This document shows, piece after piece, positions 40,801-53,629 of a stretch of 64,000 nt of DNA. The stretch comes from an uncultured delta proteobacterium. GTDB taxonomy: Bacteria; Desulfobacterota; Binatia; Binatales; Binataceae. A program made the position numbers and the translations under genes. The stretch is from positions 377,411 to 441,410 of the forward strand of contig CAWESZ010000013.1 of NCBI GenBank assembly GCA_963811865.1. Direction: 5' to 3'. Below the pieces are notes generated by a model. It was not told the DNA's origin. It ran no database searches and saw only the letters and a program-made list of their open reading frames with translations. Each line of letters opens with the position of its first letter. Positions within the stretch are counted from its first letter, which is position 1.

Positions 40801-41382
40801 ACGAGGCAGGCGGGGATCGGGCACTACCTGGTGAAGCCCGTCAAGCCGGATGAACTCTACGCCGCGCTCGCGCAGACGATGGCGGACCGCGCGTCTCCAT
40901 CCGCTGATCAGGTGCCGGCCAGCCTCGGCTCCATTGGGGCCGCGCAGCCGCAGCCGCAGATTCTCGGCCGCGAGCTTCGCATCCTGCTCGCCGATGACTC
41001 CCCGGACAACCGGATGCTGGTACGCGCCTATCTCAAGCAGACTCCCTATCAACTCGAGGAGGCCGAAAACGGCGCGATCGCGTTCGGCAAGTATACGGCA
41101 GGCAGCTTCGACCTCGTTTTGATGGACATCCAGATGCCGGTTCTCGACGGTTACGCGGCCGTGCGCCGGATCCGCGCCTGGGAGCAAGACCACGGCGCCC
41201 CGCATACCCCGGTAATCGCGCTCACTGCCTCTGCGCTCGATGACGATGTCCGCCGCGCCGCCGAGGCCGGCTGCGATCGGCATCTGAGCAAGCCGGTCAA
41301 GAGGGCCACCCTGCTCGAGGCGATCGCGCAGGCCGTCAACCTGGCGCCCGCCCGCTCGTCAGAAAGATCGAGCGAAATTTAG
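37852..41382 (+). CDS. membrane-bound multi-PAS hybrid sensor histidine kinase with two receiver domains
   Basis: 1176-aa ORF with a polytopic N-terminus similar to that of 33602..36118, at least 3 PAS-like modules, SHEIRTPM, NLIGNAIKFT, DSGIGI, GGSGLGLSI, and two REC domains. Confidence 0.9.
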   Translation: MDQPRESTELPSPAPAPQQAEPARSPGNAGADPSRLNRSDAVTDPFVAGDPARVAIRIARVGGVLILIFNVAAAVYDLRAPGPRSWGALRVDLLNATLGMTLFALSFTHSFLRYWRPLVLAVCGVLLSGNQLGVHTVSFEGSFVGTLLTMFGAAVLAPWSPIWQAALGAAGLLTFGLTLWQHPGADPDVWLHCLGLVMGFAGAQAGVILQGRLRAALSRNLGALEASRDHLHAAMGLQEATYRKLAQSESTLRKVFEASPDLLAISRLSDGRFMEVNESFLRAGFTRGQLASQPIGAIAPFSRDSLRAVEKALRRDGFVRDVETRVAQPGGERIWLVSASLAEIDGETCIVSSSRDITVLKLAEQELLGAREDLKARVKALAESETKFRRVFDSCLDAISISRLSDRTYRDVNQAFLNYGYARETLLARPEYELELWPNRAQYDDFIATLARDGQVNSMAIDRRKRGGAIVPTLLSAVVVEIEGERCAVAVERDISKLKAAEDQLRYNQAVLRKTFDSVLDPLSVNDFPDGRYLYVNDEFLRAIGYAREQVIGKTFHDLGIFLEADQEHQFLDQLRTRGELRNMEATFRTKAGAAIPVLLSSSVLDLGGERRILSIARDITALKQAQRELEHAREAALEASRSKSAFLSSMSHEIRTPMNTVLGMADMLSETSLDADQHRYLDRIVSNGNALLELINGILDLARVESGRLSLESVAFDVVDLTGKVADTLAARAHGKGLELMVRFAPDLPRALIGDPLRLQQVLTNLIGNAIKFTEQGEVLVSVARDPSDSAAGAILFAIADSGIGITGDQLGGIFAAFTQADSSTTRKYGGSGLGLSIVERLVTLMGGRVWAESEPGKGSTFRFTARFNTADLSQATTAPVANEIAGRRVLVVDDNATNRTIVREMLAQTGAVVTEADSGRAGLEAIEHAHQTGAPFDLILADDHMPSMDGIEMVKRALLDSPASRVIVILTADELNSALARTRQAGIGHYLVKPVKPDELYAALAQTMADRASPSADQVPASLGSIGAAQPQPQILGRELRILLADDSPDNRMLVRAYLKQTPYQLEEAENGAIAFGKYTAGSFDLVLMDIQMPVLDGYAAVRRIRAWEQDHGAPHTPVIALTASALDDDVRRAAEAGCDRHLSKPVKRATLLEAIAQAVNLAPARSSERSSEI

Positions 41383-41412
41383 GGGGCTTCCGTGTCGTCG
41401 GGGGCGCGTGGT

Positions 41413-42676
41413 TCAGGCCCGCGAGGGCACGTCGGCGGCTGACGGCTGCGATACTGTCACGGGTGCGGCTTCGCGCACTGCGAGCAGACGGCGCTTGGCG
41501 GCCTTGGTCGCCGCAAGGTCACGCGGCGGCAACCCGAATCCGGTGTAGAGCACCCGCCGCTCGCGATCCACGGGCGGCTGCGCCATGTGCAACGTGCAAC
41601 TCAGATGCACGGTGATATCACCGGTGCGAGTCGGCAAATCGATCACCGGCAGATCGAGCCCCGGCTGGAGCATCGCCGGCCACATCAGCGCGCGATGCGA
41701 TCCGGCGACGACTTTCAGTTGTCCCGATCGTTCGTCCGCGCCGGTGACCGAGATTCCGACCGTGATCGAGCAGCAATCGTAGCTGTGGCGGCCGAGCGCG
41801 CAGTCCTTATGCCACGGCACGTCGGAAATTCCCTGCACGATACCCAGCGGCTTGACTAGCGCTTCGATCCGATTGCCCTCGAGCTTGTTGCCCAGCGCGT
41901 GGCCGTCACCGGTCAGGCGCGAAAAACGCGCGAGCCGGCCGTCCGCCAGCAGCGCCTCGGCCGCCGCCGATCGCTCGTCGAAGCGCTGCATCCGCACCAG
42001 ATGGTCGGCGCCGTCGGCGGTGCGAGCCCACCACGAGCGCCCGTCGCCGCGCGAGTAGCTGGGCGCGGCGCGGTCCATATCGACGGAAATCGCGGCCATC
42101 TCGGCCTCGGTGAACACGCCTTCGACGTGTAGGTACCCAGCTTCGATCAGGAAGTCGCGCAACTCCTCGTCACGATCGTCGAAGCGAAAGGCGCGGCCGA
42201 AATCAAGCGGCGAGCCGTCGCGCCCTTTGAACGTCGATCGATCCAGGCAGGTACGGCTGCACGCCGTCCAAAGCTCCGCGCAGCAGCATCCACCAGTCCA
42301 GCAAATGGTCGATGCTGCCGTGCAGCTTTAGTTTGCCGCTGGCGAACCAGCCCATCGGCGCGACCTGATCGTGCACCAGATCGGCGAGCTGCTGGGGATC
42401 CAGGCTGAGCCGCGCGGCACCGCCGATGGCGCCGGCTGCAACCGTGATCCGGTCTCCCTCGGCAATCAGCGTCCACGCGGCGCCGCCACTTTCGATTGCG
42501 AGCGGCGCGGGCTTGAGCGCCCGGATCGCGGGCGCCGGTAGCGGCGTGGCGGCGGAGAGCGCCGCGGGCAGTTCCTGCCCAAAGAATCGCCGCGCATCGA
42601 CGACCGCGACGGGTCCGTCCACCCGCGTGCGCACATCCACGCTGCTGCCGCCATCGCTCGCATTCACCACGCTCAT
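41413..42676 (-). CDS. SCP2-like domain fused to a phytanoyl-CoA dioxygenase (PhyH) family domain, apparent frameshift near 42235
   Basis: ATG 42676 after GAGAGG. GWFASGKLKLHGSIDHLLDWWMLL (SCP2-like) is in ORF 42203..42841. The linker FKGRDGSPLDFGRAFRFDDRDEELRDFLIEAGYLHVEG leads into ORF 41413..42162 (PhyH-like: VPWHKD...HMAQPP). Confidence 0.65.
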
Positions 42677-42785
42677 TTGGGCACCTCTCGGCAAGAACTG
42701 GTATAGCCAAGGCGCCTGCGCTCGCACAACTGCCGGCGGAGCATCCACGATTACTAGTGAGAGCTTGACGGGTCTGCAAATTAGA

Positions 42786-42800
42786 TGGTAATAATTATCA
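42786..42800. promoter_or_regulatory. Fur-family operator (7-1-7 box) TGGTAATAATTATCA
   Basis: Matches 13 of 14 specified positions of the classical TGATAATnATTATCA box. Lies 7 nt upstream of the fur-family ATG, in the only AT-rich patch of the divergent intergenic region. Confidence 0.65.
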
Positions 42801-42806
42801 GGTAGT

Positions 42807-43310
42807 ATGAAACTGCAGACGATCAGCGACGGACGGCGCACGGGTTATGCGGCCAGGCGCCTGGCGGACTTCGAGGCGCGCTGCCGCGAAGGCGGGCTCG
42901 CGGTCACTCCGCAACGGCTTGCGATCGTGCGGGCGCTGCTCTCTTCCGCCGAACATCCGCGCGCCGAGACGATCTACGCGATGGTTCGCCGCGAGCATCC
43001 GCACATCTCGCAGGCGACGGTCCATCGTACGCTCGAGACCCTGTGCGAGATCGGCGAGGCCCACAAGGTCACCACGCTCCACGACAGCGCTCGCTACGAC
43101 GGCAACGTCACACCGCATCATCATGTGGTCTGCGTCCGATGCCGCCGGGTGCGGGATATCGAAGTGCCGGAGCTCGAGCAATTGCTCGCGGGACGCGAAT
43201 CAATCGGCGAGTTCCAGGTGCTCGGCACCTCGCTCGAGGTCCGCGCAATCTGCGCCCGCTGCAACCACAATGGCGCTACGCGCCGGAGCAAACGTGCGTC
43301 GTCGCACTGA
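42807..43310 (+). CDS. Fur-family transcriptional regulator (PerR/Fur-like)
   Basis: 167-aa ORF. TPQRLAIVRALL, HISQATVHRTL, HHHVVCVRC...CARC metal sites. Confidence 0.88.
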   Translation: MKLQTISDGRRTGYAARRLADFEARCREGGLAVTPQRLAIVRALLSSAEHPRAETIYAMVRREHPHISQATVHRTLETLCEIGEAHKVTTLHDSARYDGNVTPHHHVVCVRCRRVRDIEVPELEQLLAGRESIGEFQVLGTSLEVRAICARCNHNGATRRSKRASSH

Positions 43311-43342
43311 TTGGCCGGCACAGAAGAAGACGGAGGATGACG

Positions 43343-43762
43343 ATGAAGAACTTGAAAGGAACCAAAACCCACCAGCATCTCAAAGAGGCGTTTGCCGGTG
43401 AGAGCCAGGCCAACCGGCGCTATCTCTATTTCGCCAAGGTGGCGGATATCGAAGGGCAACCCGAAATCGCCGGACTGTTCCGCGATACTGCGGAAGGCGA
43501 AACCGGCCACGCCCACGGCCATCTCGACTATCTGAAGGTGGTCGGCGATCCGGCCACTGATAAGCCCATCGGCGACACCATGATGAACCTCCAGTCGGCC
43601 GTTCATGGCGAGACCTACGAATACACCGATATGTATCCCGGGATGGCCAAGACCGCGCGTGAGGAAGGCTTCGCCGAAATCGCGGACTGGTTCGAGACCC
43701 TCGCCAAGGCCGAGCGATCGCACGCCGGGCGCTTCTCCAAGGCGGCCGATACGCTTAAGTAG
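43343..43762 (+). CDS. rubrerythrin-family diiron protein (no rubredoxin domain)
   Basis: ATG 43343 after [41 protein letters not shown] (ExxH pairs). Confidence 0.88.
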   Translation: MKNLKGTKTHQHLKEAFAGESQANRRYLYFAKVADIEGQPEIAGLFRDTAEGETGHAHGHLDYLKVVGDPATDKPIGDTMMNLQSAVHGETYEYTDMYPGMAKTAREEGFAEIADWFETLAKAERSHAGRFSKAADTLK

Positions 43763-43906
43763 CTCCTTGCGAGGACGGCGGTCGGCGCTTTGATCAGCCC
43801 GGCGCGCGCGCCGATGGCAGCGTAGGCCGGGCGGGATCTTCTCGCCGAAGCCGCGTGCAACTCACCGGCCGCGCAAGAGCTTGCGCCGCTGCGAGGCATT
43901 CTCCAG

Positions 43907-45240
43907 ATGAGCCGAATCGAGGCCAAGCCAACCGCCGGGCTGTGCTACGATCCCAGCGAACCTGCGTACTGGGATCGCCGCGGGCTCGACCAGGAAGTCG
44001 AGCGCGTGTTCGACATCTGTCACGGCTGCCGGCTGTGCTTCAATCTCTGCCCGTCGTTTCCGGCCTTGTTCGACCGGCTCCAGGACCAAGACGCCGACGT
44101 GCGAAATCTTTCGTCCGCTGAAAAGCAGCACGTGGTCGACTCTGCTATCTGTGCAAGCTGTGCGAGTTGCGCTGCCCCTACACGCCCCGCGACGGCCACG
44201 AGTTCCAGCTCGACTTCCCGCGCCTGATGCAGCGCGCGAAGGCGGTGACCGCCAAAGAGTCCGGGATTCGGTTGCGCGATCGCGTGCTCGGCAATCCCGA
44301 TCGGCTCGGCAAGCTCGGCAGCATGTTTGCCGGGCTCGCCAACCTGGGATGCCGCAACAAGCTGCAACGCGCGGTGATGGAGCGTTTGCTCGGGATTCAT
44401 CGCGACAAGAAGCTTCCCGAGTTCGCCGGCGAGACGCTGGAGAAGTGGATCGCGCGCGTCGGCTTGCCCAAGGAGCCGGCCAACCCGGCCGCCCGGGTCG
44501 TGCTGTTTCCGACCTGCTTCATCAACTACAACGACCCCGGCCCGGGTAAGGCGGCGATCAAGGTGCTGGACCGCAACCGCTGCGCGATCGCGTGTCCGAA
44601 GCAGAACTGCTGCGGGATGCCCGCGCTCGACGGCGGCGACGTGGCGTTCGCGCAGAAGCAGGCGCGCGCCAATATCGACTCGCTGCTGCCGTACGCGCGC
44701 CAGGGCTATCGGATCGCGGCAATTAACCCCACCTGCTCGCTGACCATGCGGCGTGAATATCCGCGGCTGCTCGCCGGCGCGGAGGTCAAGGAATTCGCGG
44801 CCGCGGTGGTCGATCCGGGCGAGTTGCTGTCCGAGCTCAGAAAACAGGGCGCCTTCAACCGCGATTTTCGCAGCACCCCGGGAAAGATCGCGTACCATCT
44901 GCCGTGTCACCTGAAAGCGCAGCAGATCGGTTTTCGATCGCGCGATCTGATGCGCACGATCCCGGGCGCGGAGGTCATCACTGTCGACGCCTGCACCGCG
45001 CACGACGGCACCTGGGCGATGAAGAAGGAGTACTTCGCGCTCTCGATGAAATGGGGCGAAAAAGCCTTCAACGGGATGCGCGACGCCTGCGCCAGGGTGA
45101 TGGCGACCGACTGTCCGCTTTCCGCGATTCAGATCGAGCAGGCCATCGGCACGCGGCCGATGCATCCGCTCGAAGTGCTGGCGCGCGCCTACGATGACGA
45201 TGGCTTTCCCGAGCCGGCGCCGGCCGGGCCAGCCTCATGA
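43907..45240 (+). CDS. heterodisulfide-reductase-like (Fe-S)-binding protein with CCG domains, apparent frameshift near 44140
   Basis: [12 protein letters not shown] is in ORF 43907..44227. [13 protein letters not shown] plus FPTCFINY and [10 protein letters not shown] (CCG motifs) are in ORF 44167..45240. Confidence 0.82.
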
Positions 45241-45252
45241 GCGAACACTGCG

Positions 45253-45837
45253 ATGGATCGAATCAGTAAAGAAGACCTGCTCGGGTTCGAGCAATGGGAG
45301 CGCGTCAGAAAAGCGCTGCGCCCCTTATTCATCCATGAGAAGGACCGCCGCCGGCTGAGCGCGGGATCGCATCTCACCTTTCTTTTCGAGAATACGCAGA
45401 CGCTCTGGTATCAGGTCGAGGAGATGCTTCGCACGGAGCGGATCACCGCGCCGGAGGCGATTCAGGCGGAGATCGACACTTACAACGGCCTGATTCCCGC
45501 AGCCGGCGAGCTTTCGGCCACCATGCTGATCGAATTTCCCGATCCCGCGGAGCGCGACCCGGCGCTCAAAAGCCTGGTGGGTCTGGAACGTCACGTGTGG
45601 TTGAAGCTCGGCGAGCGTCGAGTCGCAGTGACGTTCGACCAAGGACAGATGTCGACCGAGCGGATCAGCTCCGTACAGTTTGTCCGCCTGCCGGTCGGAA
45701 TGGATTCGGACGCGTTTATGCAACTGGCCCAGGCAGACCAGATTGCGATCGTGGTCGATCATCCGCAGCTTAACGCTACCGCGCCGATCAGCGGCCTGCT
45801 GGCGCTGGCACTGGCCGAAGATCTGCGCCCGGACTAG
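45253..45837 (+). CDS. DUF3501-family protein
   Basis: 194-aa ORF. TLWYQVEEMLRTERI...YNGLIPAAGELSATMLIEF...ISSVQFVRL matches my recollection of DUF3501, which commonly accompanies rubrerythrin and Hdr-like Fe-S genes. Confidence 0.7.
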   Translation: MDRISKEDLLGFEQWERVRKALRPLFIHEKDRRRLSAGSHLTFLFENTQTLWYQVEEMLRTERITAPEAIQAEIDTYNGLIPAAGELSATMLIEFPDPAERDPALKSLVGLERHVWLKLGERRVAVTFDQGQMSTERISSVQFVRLPVGMDSDAFMQLAQADQIAIVVDHPQLNATAPISGLLALALAEDLRPD

Positions 45838-45849
45838 CTCGGCACCCGG

Positions 45850-46431
45850 CTATGCAGGCAGCTCATATCCGATCGCGGCTTCGATTTCGCACGTTCGTTG
45901 GACCGCGCGGCGCGCCATCATGTGGTCATAGTGGGCGGAGAGGTTCGGGAACTCACTGGGCGCCAGGTTAAGCGAATTCCGGAAGCGCCAGAACAGCCGG
46001 AACAGATGGATGTCGGCGATTGAGTAGCGTCCCAGCGCCCACTCCCGATTCCCTAATCGCCGATCGGCGATCGCGTATACCGCGCGAGCATGGTCGATAC
46101 CCTGGCGTCGCGCCGGATGCACCGTCGAGGCGATGAACGACATCCACGAGACCGCCTGCGCGTGCGCTTCGATATCGCCTTCAGGCAGCAGACTCGCCTC
46201 AGGGAAGCGCCGGGCCAGATAGAACAGGATCGCGGCGACCTCGGTCAGTGGGCGCTCGTCGATCAGCAGGGTCGGCACATGGCCTTCCGGATTGATCGCG
46301 AGATAGCCGGGCGTGCGGTTTTCTTTCTTTGCCAGCGAAATCGGCCGGCTCTCGAACGGCGCGCCGATCTCGTGCAGCGCGATATGCGGCGCCATCGAAC
46401 TCGATCCCGGCGCGAAGTAGAGCGTGAGCAT
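45850..46431 (-). CDS. glutathione S-transferase
   Basis: Internal ATG 46431. MLTLYFAPGSSSMAPHIALHE...INPEGHVPTL...ADIHLF. Confidence 0.82.
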   Translation of the reverse strand: MLTLYFAPGSSSMAPHIALHEIGAPFESRPISLAKKENRTPGYLAINPEGHVPTLLIDERPLTEVAAILFYLARRFPEASLLPEGDIEAHAQAVSWMSFIASTVHPARRQGIDHARAVYAIADRRLGNREWALGRYSIADIHLFRLFWRFRNSLNLAPSEFPNLSAHYDHMMARRAVQRTCEIEAAIGYELPA

Positions 46432-46448
46432 GGGCGGTCCTCCTTGGG

Positions 46449-47357
46449 TCACCCTCGGGTGGCGGACTTTACGAGGACGGCGCACCCGCCCTCGGCGGCC
46501 TTGCTCGACAAGTCCGACATCGCCTCGATAAAATCGCGCCGGCCGCGCCAGAAGGGAAAGCTTCCCAGCCGCCGCGTGAGCGGCGCCGCCTCACCGGAAA
46601 TCGCAACTTGTCCATAGCGATCGTCGGGAAACGGACGCCCGCGCCAAAATACTTCCGGGTTGGCCGATAGAGCGCGAGTTTCACGAGCCGGTTCGGATTC
46701 GATGGCGCCGCCGGCCGCGGGTTGGGTTTGAGACCCTCCGCTCTTGCCGAGCATCGCCACGAATTGCTCGCGCTCCATCCCGCGCAGCTTGAACAGCAGA
46801 AACGGATCGCGGTCGAACTGCTCGGCCAACAGGTAGTACACCGCCGCGATGTGTTTGCATGGATTGGAGGGATCGGGGCAGTCGCAATGGGTGATCAAAT
46901 CTGCGTTCCGTGCAGGAAACAGTGCGACTCCCGCCTCGGCGAAGCTCTTCTCCGCCTCCGGCGGCAGCGCGCCGGCCATCAACCGAGCTGCGATCGCAAC
47001 CTTCGCCGCCATCGCCTTGCCCACCTTGCGCCATTGGGCGATCGGAATCCGTCGTAGTTCGATCGTCACGTTGTAGGGAGTCGGGATCGAGCCCTGAACC
47101 GTAGCGGTCACTTTCTGGTTGGCGATCTCGAGATGCAGCACCTGCCCGCGCCGCGCGTACGACCGGCCCCGGTTAAGCCGCGCGTGGACCTGAAACGACT
47201 CGAGCGTCTGGATCCATCGCCGCCCCCACCAATTGGTTGCGAAGTCGCCAATCCGGCTGTGCGCCCGGATGCCTCCGCGTGCGGGAAGCGGATTCGAGGG
47301 CGCAAAGAAACGTTGAGAGTTGCCCCGTCGCGATCTTGGCCGGTCCCAGCGCGCCAT
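46449..47357 (-). CDS. SWIM zinc-finger protein
   Basis: 302-aa ORF. HCDCPDPSNPCKHIAAVYYL gives the CxCxnCxH SWIM signature. Lies 35 nt downstream of the SNF2 gene. Confidence 0.85.
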   Translation of the reverse strand: MARWDRPRSRRGNSQRFFAPSNPLPARGGIRAHSRIGDFATNWWGRRWIQTLESFQVHARLNRGRSYARRGQVLHLEIANQKVTATVQGSIPTPYNVTIELRRIPIAQWRKVGKAMAAKVAIAARLMAGALPPEAEKSFAEAGVALFPARNADLITHCDCPDPSNPCKHIAAVYYLLAEQFDRDPFLLFKLRGMEREQFVAMLGKSGGSQTQPAAGGAIESEPARETRALSANPEVFWRGRPFPDDRYGQVAISGEAAPLTRRLGSFPFWRGRRDFIEAMSDLSSKAAEGGCAVLVKSATRG

Positions 47358-47392
47358 CGATTCTCAGCTCCTTGGCTCAGCTCCTCGAAGCG

Positions 47393-50698
<3,306 letters not shown>

Positions 50699-50781
50699 TT
50701 GCAGAGCGCGGTCGCGCGGCCGGAGTTATCAACAGCGCGACGGATCGCGAGAGCGTACGCGATTGAGAGACATGGATGCGC

Positions 50782-52903
50782 TTACGGCGCCGCGCTCAAC
50801 TCGCCTTGCGGCTCCCAGGCGATCGCGCGCCGAAGGAAGACGTAGCCGAGGGCAGTGAAAGCCGCGCGTTCGCGGTTGTCCTTGCCGTAGCCATGCCCAC
50901 CCGCAGCCGGCTCGTAGAGGTGCGCCGCGTAACCCATCGCTTGCAGCTTTGCCACCATCTTTCGAGCGTGTCCCGGATGGACGCGATCGTCGCGGCGGCT
51001 CGTCGCGATGAGTATTGGCGGATAAGCCCGGCCGGGCGCCGCCGTGTGGTAAGCGGACATCGCAGAGAGGAATGTCCAATCGTCAAGATTGTCGGGGTCG
51101 CCGTATTCGGCAATCCAACTTGCTCCAGCCAGCAGCCTGGTGTAGCGACGCATGTCGATGAGCGGGATGGTGCAGAACAGAGCGCCGAAGCGTTCGGGGT
51201 ACCGCGTCAGCATGTTGGTGATGAGGATGCCGCCGTTCGACCCGCCCTCGGCGGCGATCCGCCCGGGGCGCGTCACGCCGCGCCGGACCAGATCGGCGGC
51301 GACCGCGGCAAAGTCGTCATGCGAGAGCCGCTTGCCCGCTCTGCGTCCGGCCTCGTGCCACGCCGTGCCGAATTCGCCGCCGCCGCGGATGTTGGCGAGG
51401 ACATTGGTGCCGCCGCGCTCGAGCCAGAGCTTGCCGATGGCCGCGTCGTAGTAAGGCAGCAGCGAAATGCCGAAGCCGCCATAACCACTGAGATGGACGG
51501 GCGCTTCGCCAGTTTCACCCGGCGGACCAACTTGAAAATAGGGCACCCTGGCGCCGTCGGTGGAGACGGCCTCGTGGCGCGTCACGACCAGCCCAGTGGG
51601 GTCGAATGCCCGCGGCCCGCGCTTCAGGAGCTGCGGCGCCGTGGCCGGACGCACGAGAAACAGCGCGGGAGGTGTCAGTGGATCCTGCGCGCTGGCGAGA
51701 AGATCGCCATTCGACTCTTCTTCGTGAATATCGAGCGGCCAGACTTGAGCGCCGCCGATATCGGGCAGCCCGGTGATGCGTTCGCGCGACCATCCATGTA
51801 CGGACGGTGTCAGTATCTCGAAGACGGGCCTGAGCTCGTCGAGAATCGACAGCACGAGGCGGCCACCGCACCAGAAGAAGCCTTGCAGAGCGCGGCGCGC
51901 GCCCGGCTCGAAGAGAGTCTCGAATTGACGATCGCCATCCAGGAAGGCCGGAAAAGCAATGCCCACGGCGGTGTCCGGCGCATAGCTCTTACCGCCGACC
52001 GTCCACGCAGTGCGCGGCTTGACGGCCAGCCAGCCGCGATGCCAGCTCAGCCACGCATCGGTTGGCAGATCGATCCTTTGCTGCGGCCCGGTGCGATCGC
52101 CGATCCAGACGATCGCATCGAAGAAGCCGGGCTTCTCCACGAACAGGACGCGCTCGTTCTCGGCCGTGCGGTCGACATCTGCCCAGACGCCCATCGAGTC
52201 GTCGCGCGTCTCGAAGATCACGGGAGCTGCGAGCGGGTCGGCGCCGCGCTGCCATCGCCGCACGGTGCGCGGGTACCCAGCCCGAGTTGACATCCCCTCG
52301 CCCAGCGCCGAGGAGAGCAGCAGCGTGTCGCGATCAAGCCAGGCGGCCACTCCCTTGGCTTCCGGCAGATGGAAGCCGTTCGGCACGAACTCGCGCGCCC
52401 GGAGGTCGAATTCGCGCAACTCGACCGCATCGGCGCCGCCGCGCGACAGCCTCAGAACGGCCCGGTCATGCGTGCGCGGGATCGTCGCAGCGCCGTTCCA
52501 GATCCAGATCTTGCCCCTCCGCTTGAGCCAGCGCGTCGAGGTCGAGCATTTCCTCCCATTCCGGGGACTCACTGCGGAAGCTTTCCAGCGAGGTCGTTCG
52601 CCATAGGCCACGGGCGTGGGACGCATCCTGCCAGAAATTGAAAACCCGCGCGGCGCGCCGGGCGATGAGCGGAATGTTGTCGGGTCGATCGAAGATCGCC
52701 GCGAGCAGATCCCGATCAGCAGCAAAGGACGCATTTCCGAATCGCTTCAAGGTCGCGGCATTCTGCGCCTCGACCCAGGCCAGCGCCCGTGAGCCCTCGA
52801 TCTCCTCGAGCCAAAGATAGGGATCGTTGTCAGGCAGCGCGAGCGTCGGGCGCGGATCGCCGGCAGGCATGGTTGATCCGATGTAGACCGGAATCGAGGT
52901 CAT
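50782..52903 (-). CDS. prolyl oligopeptidase (S9A) family peptidase, apparent frameshift near 52515
   Basis: N-terminus DPYLWLEEIEGSRALAWVEAQN is in ORF 52466..52903. The body is in ORF 50782..52734, with GGSNGG (catalytic Ser) and DDRVHP. Confidence 0.88.
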
Positions 52904-53050
52904 CGCAATAGGTCTGTAAACAGCCGGCGCGGCGCCCCGGCTGGCTAGCGGAGAGGGGAGGGTTCGAACGCCCGGTCCCCCGAAGGGACACTCTGCGGCC
53001 GCCCGATTTTCGCATCCAATCGACTTTCAGTAATGACGGGTTATCGCCGA

Positions 53051-53113
53051 GCAGCCGCGGCCAAAACCTTAGGGCCTCACAGTCACTTCATAGACTGGGT
53101 TTTCCGCGGCTGC
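53051..53113. other. long imperfect hairpin (10 bp + 2-nt bulge + 6 bp stem, 29-nt loop) in a 726-bp non-coding gap
   Basis: GCAGCCGCGG-CC-AAAACC ... GGTTTT-CCGCGGCTGC, paired by hand. CCTTAGGG occurs both in the loop and just 3' of the stem. Confidence 0.6.
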
Positions 53114-53242
53114 GACCAGCCTTAGGGTATACCCATCGTGCGCGAGGCGTGAACGCCACCAGTCGAAGGGTCCTCCCGAGAGTAGAAGGAACTCTCGGCC
53201 TCATAGGTTTCTATCGCATGGAGACGGCCCGCATGCACGTAG

Positions 53243-53482
53243 AGCAGGGCTGGACCTTGGAGACGGCTGCGGTCAATTCGAACGCCCGCCGAAATTCAGG
53301 AGTGGATTGGAAAACAGCAGCAGCGCCGGCGCGGGGCCGAGGAGAACTACGATCGGCGGCGTTTTCGGCAACAATGCGCAAAATGCGGCAAAGAGATCGA
53401 GCCGAATTCGGAATATATCGAGGGCGGAGGAGATCTCGAATATCATGCACGATGCTGGAAGGTGATGACGTTCGGACAATGA
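53243..53482 (+). CDS. possible small zinc-ribbon-like ORF without a canonical start
   Basis: An open frame reads ...AEIQEWIGKQQQRRRGAEENYDRRRFRQQCAKCGKEIEPNSEYIEGGGDLEYHARCWKVMTFGQ*. The codon-position GC pattern looks coding. Only CTG/ATT are available as in-frame starts, so the 5' end may be lost to a frameshift. Confidence 0.3.
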   Translation, partial: SRAGPWRRLRSIRTPAEIQEWIGKQQQRRRGAEENYDRRRFRQQCAKCGKEIEPNSEYIEGGGDLEYHARCWKVMTFGQ

Positions 53483-53629
53483 GCAGGATCGGATCGCACG
53501 CCGTTGGTCTGCGTACACAGAGCGTGGGGTGTTGTGCGCTACGCCGCGCCGGGATTGTACCTCTATTCGCGATACGTCTCCTTTCCTGCTATTTAAGTTG
53601 GGGGCGATTGCCCCCATAGGAGACCAATC

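Noticed and set aside
42779-42790. Fourth copy of the AAATTAGA motif family.
   Set aside because: Only ~9 nt match. It overlaps the AT-rich Fur-box region, so the similarity is most likely compositional.
52940-53010. tRNA/tmRNA-like T-loop sequence GGTTCGAAC (a similar one occurs at 53275-53290).
   Set aside because: The flanking bases do not form a T-stem or acceptor stem on either strand. There is no CCA end context and no tag-peptide reading frame.
53120-53260. Resemblance to a guanidine-I (ykkC) riboswitch (CTTAGGG..., GGTCC-CCGAGAG).
   Set aside because: Only two short fragments match and both contain insertions. The conserved 3' half is absent, and no guanidine-related transporter or carboxylase gene lies downstream.
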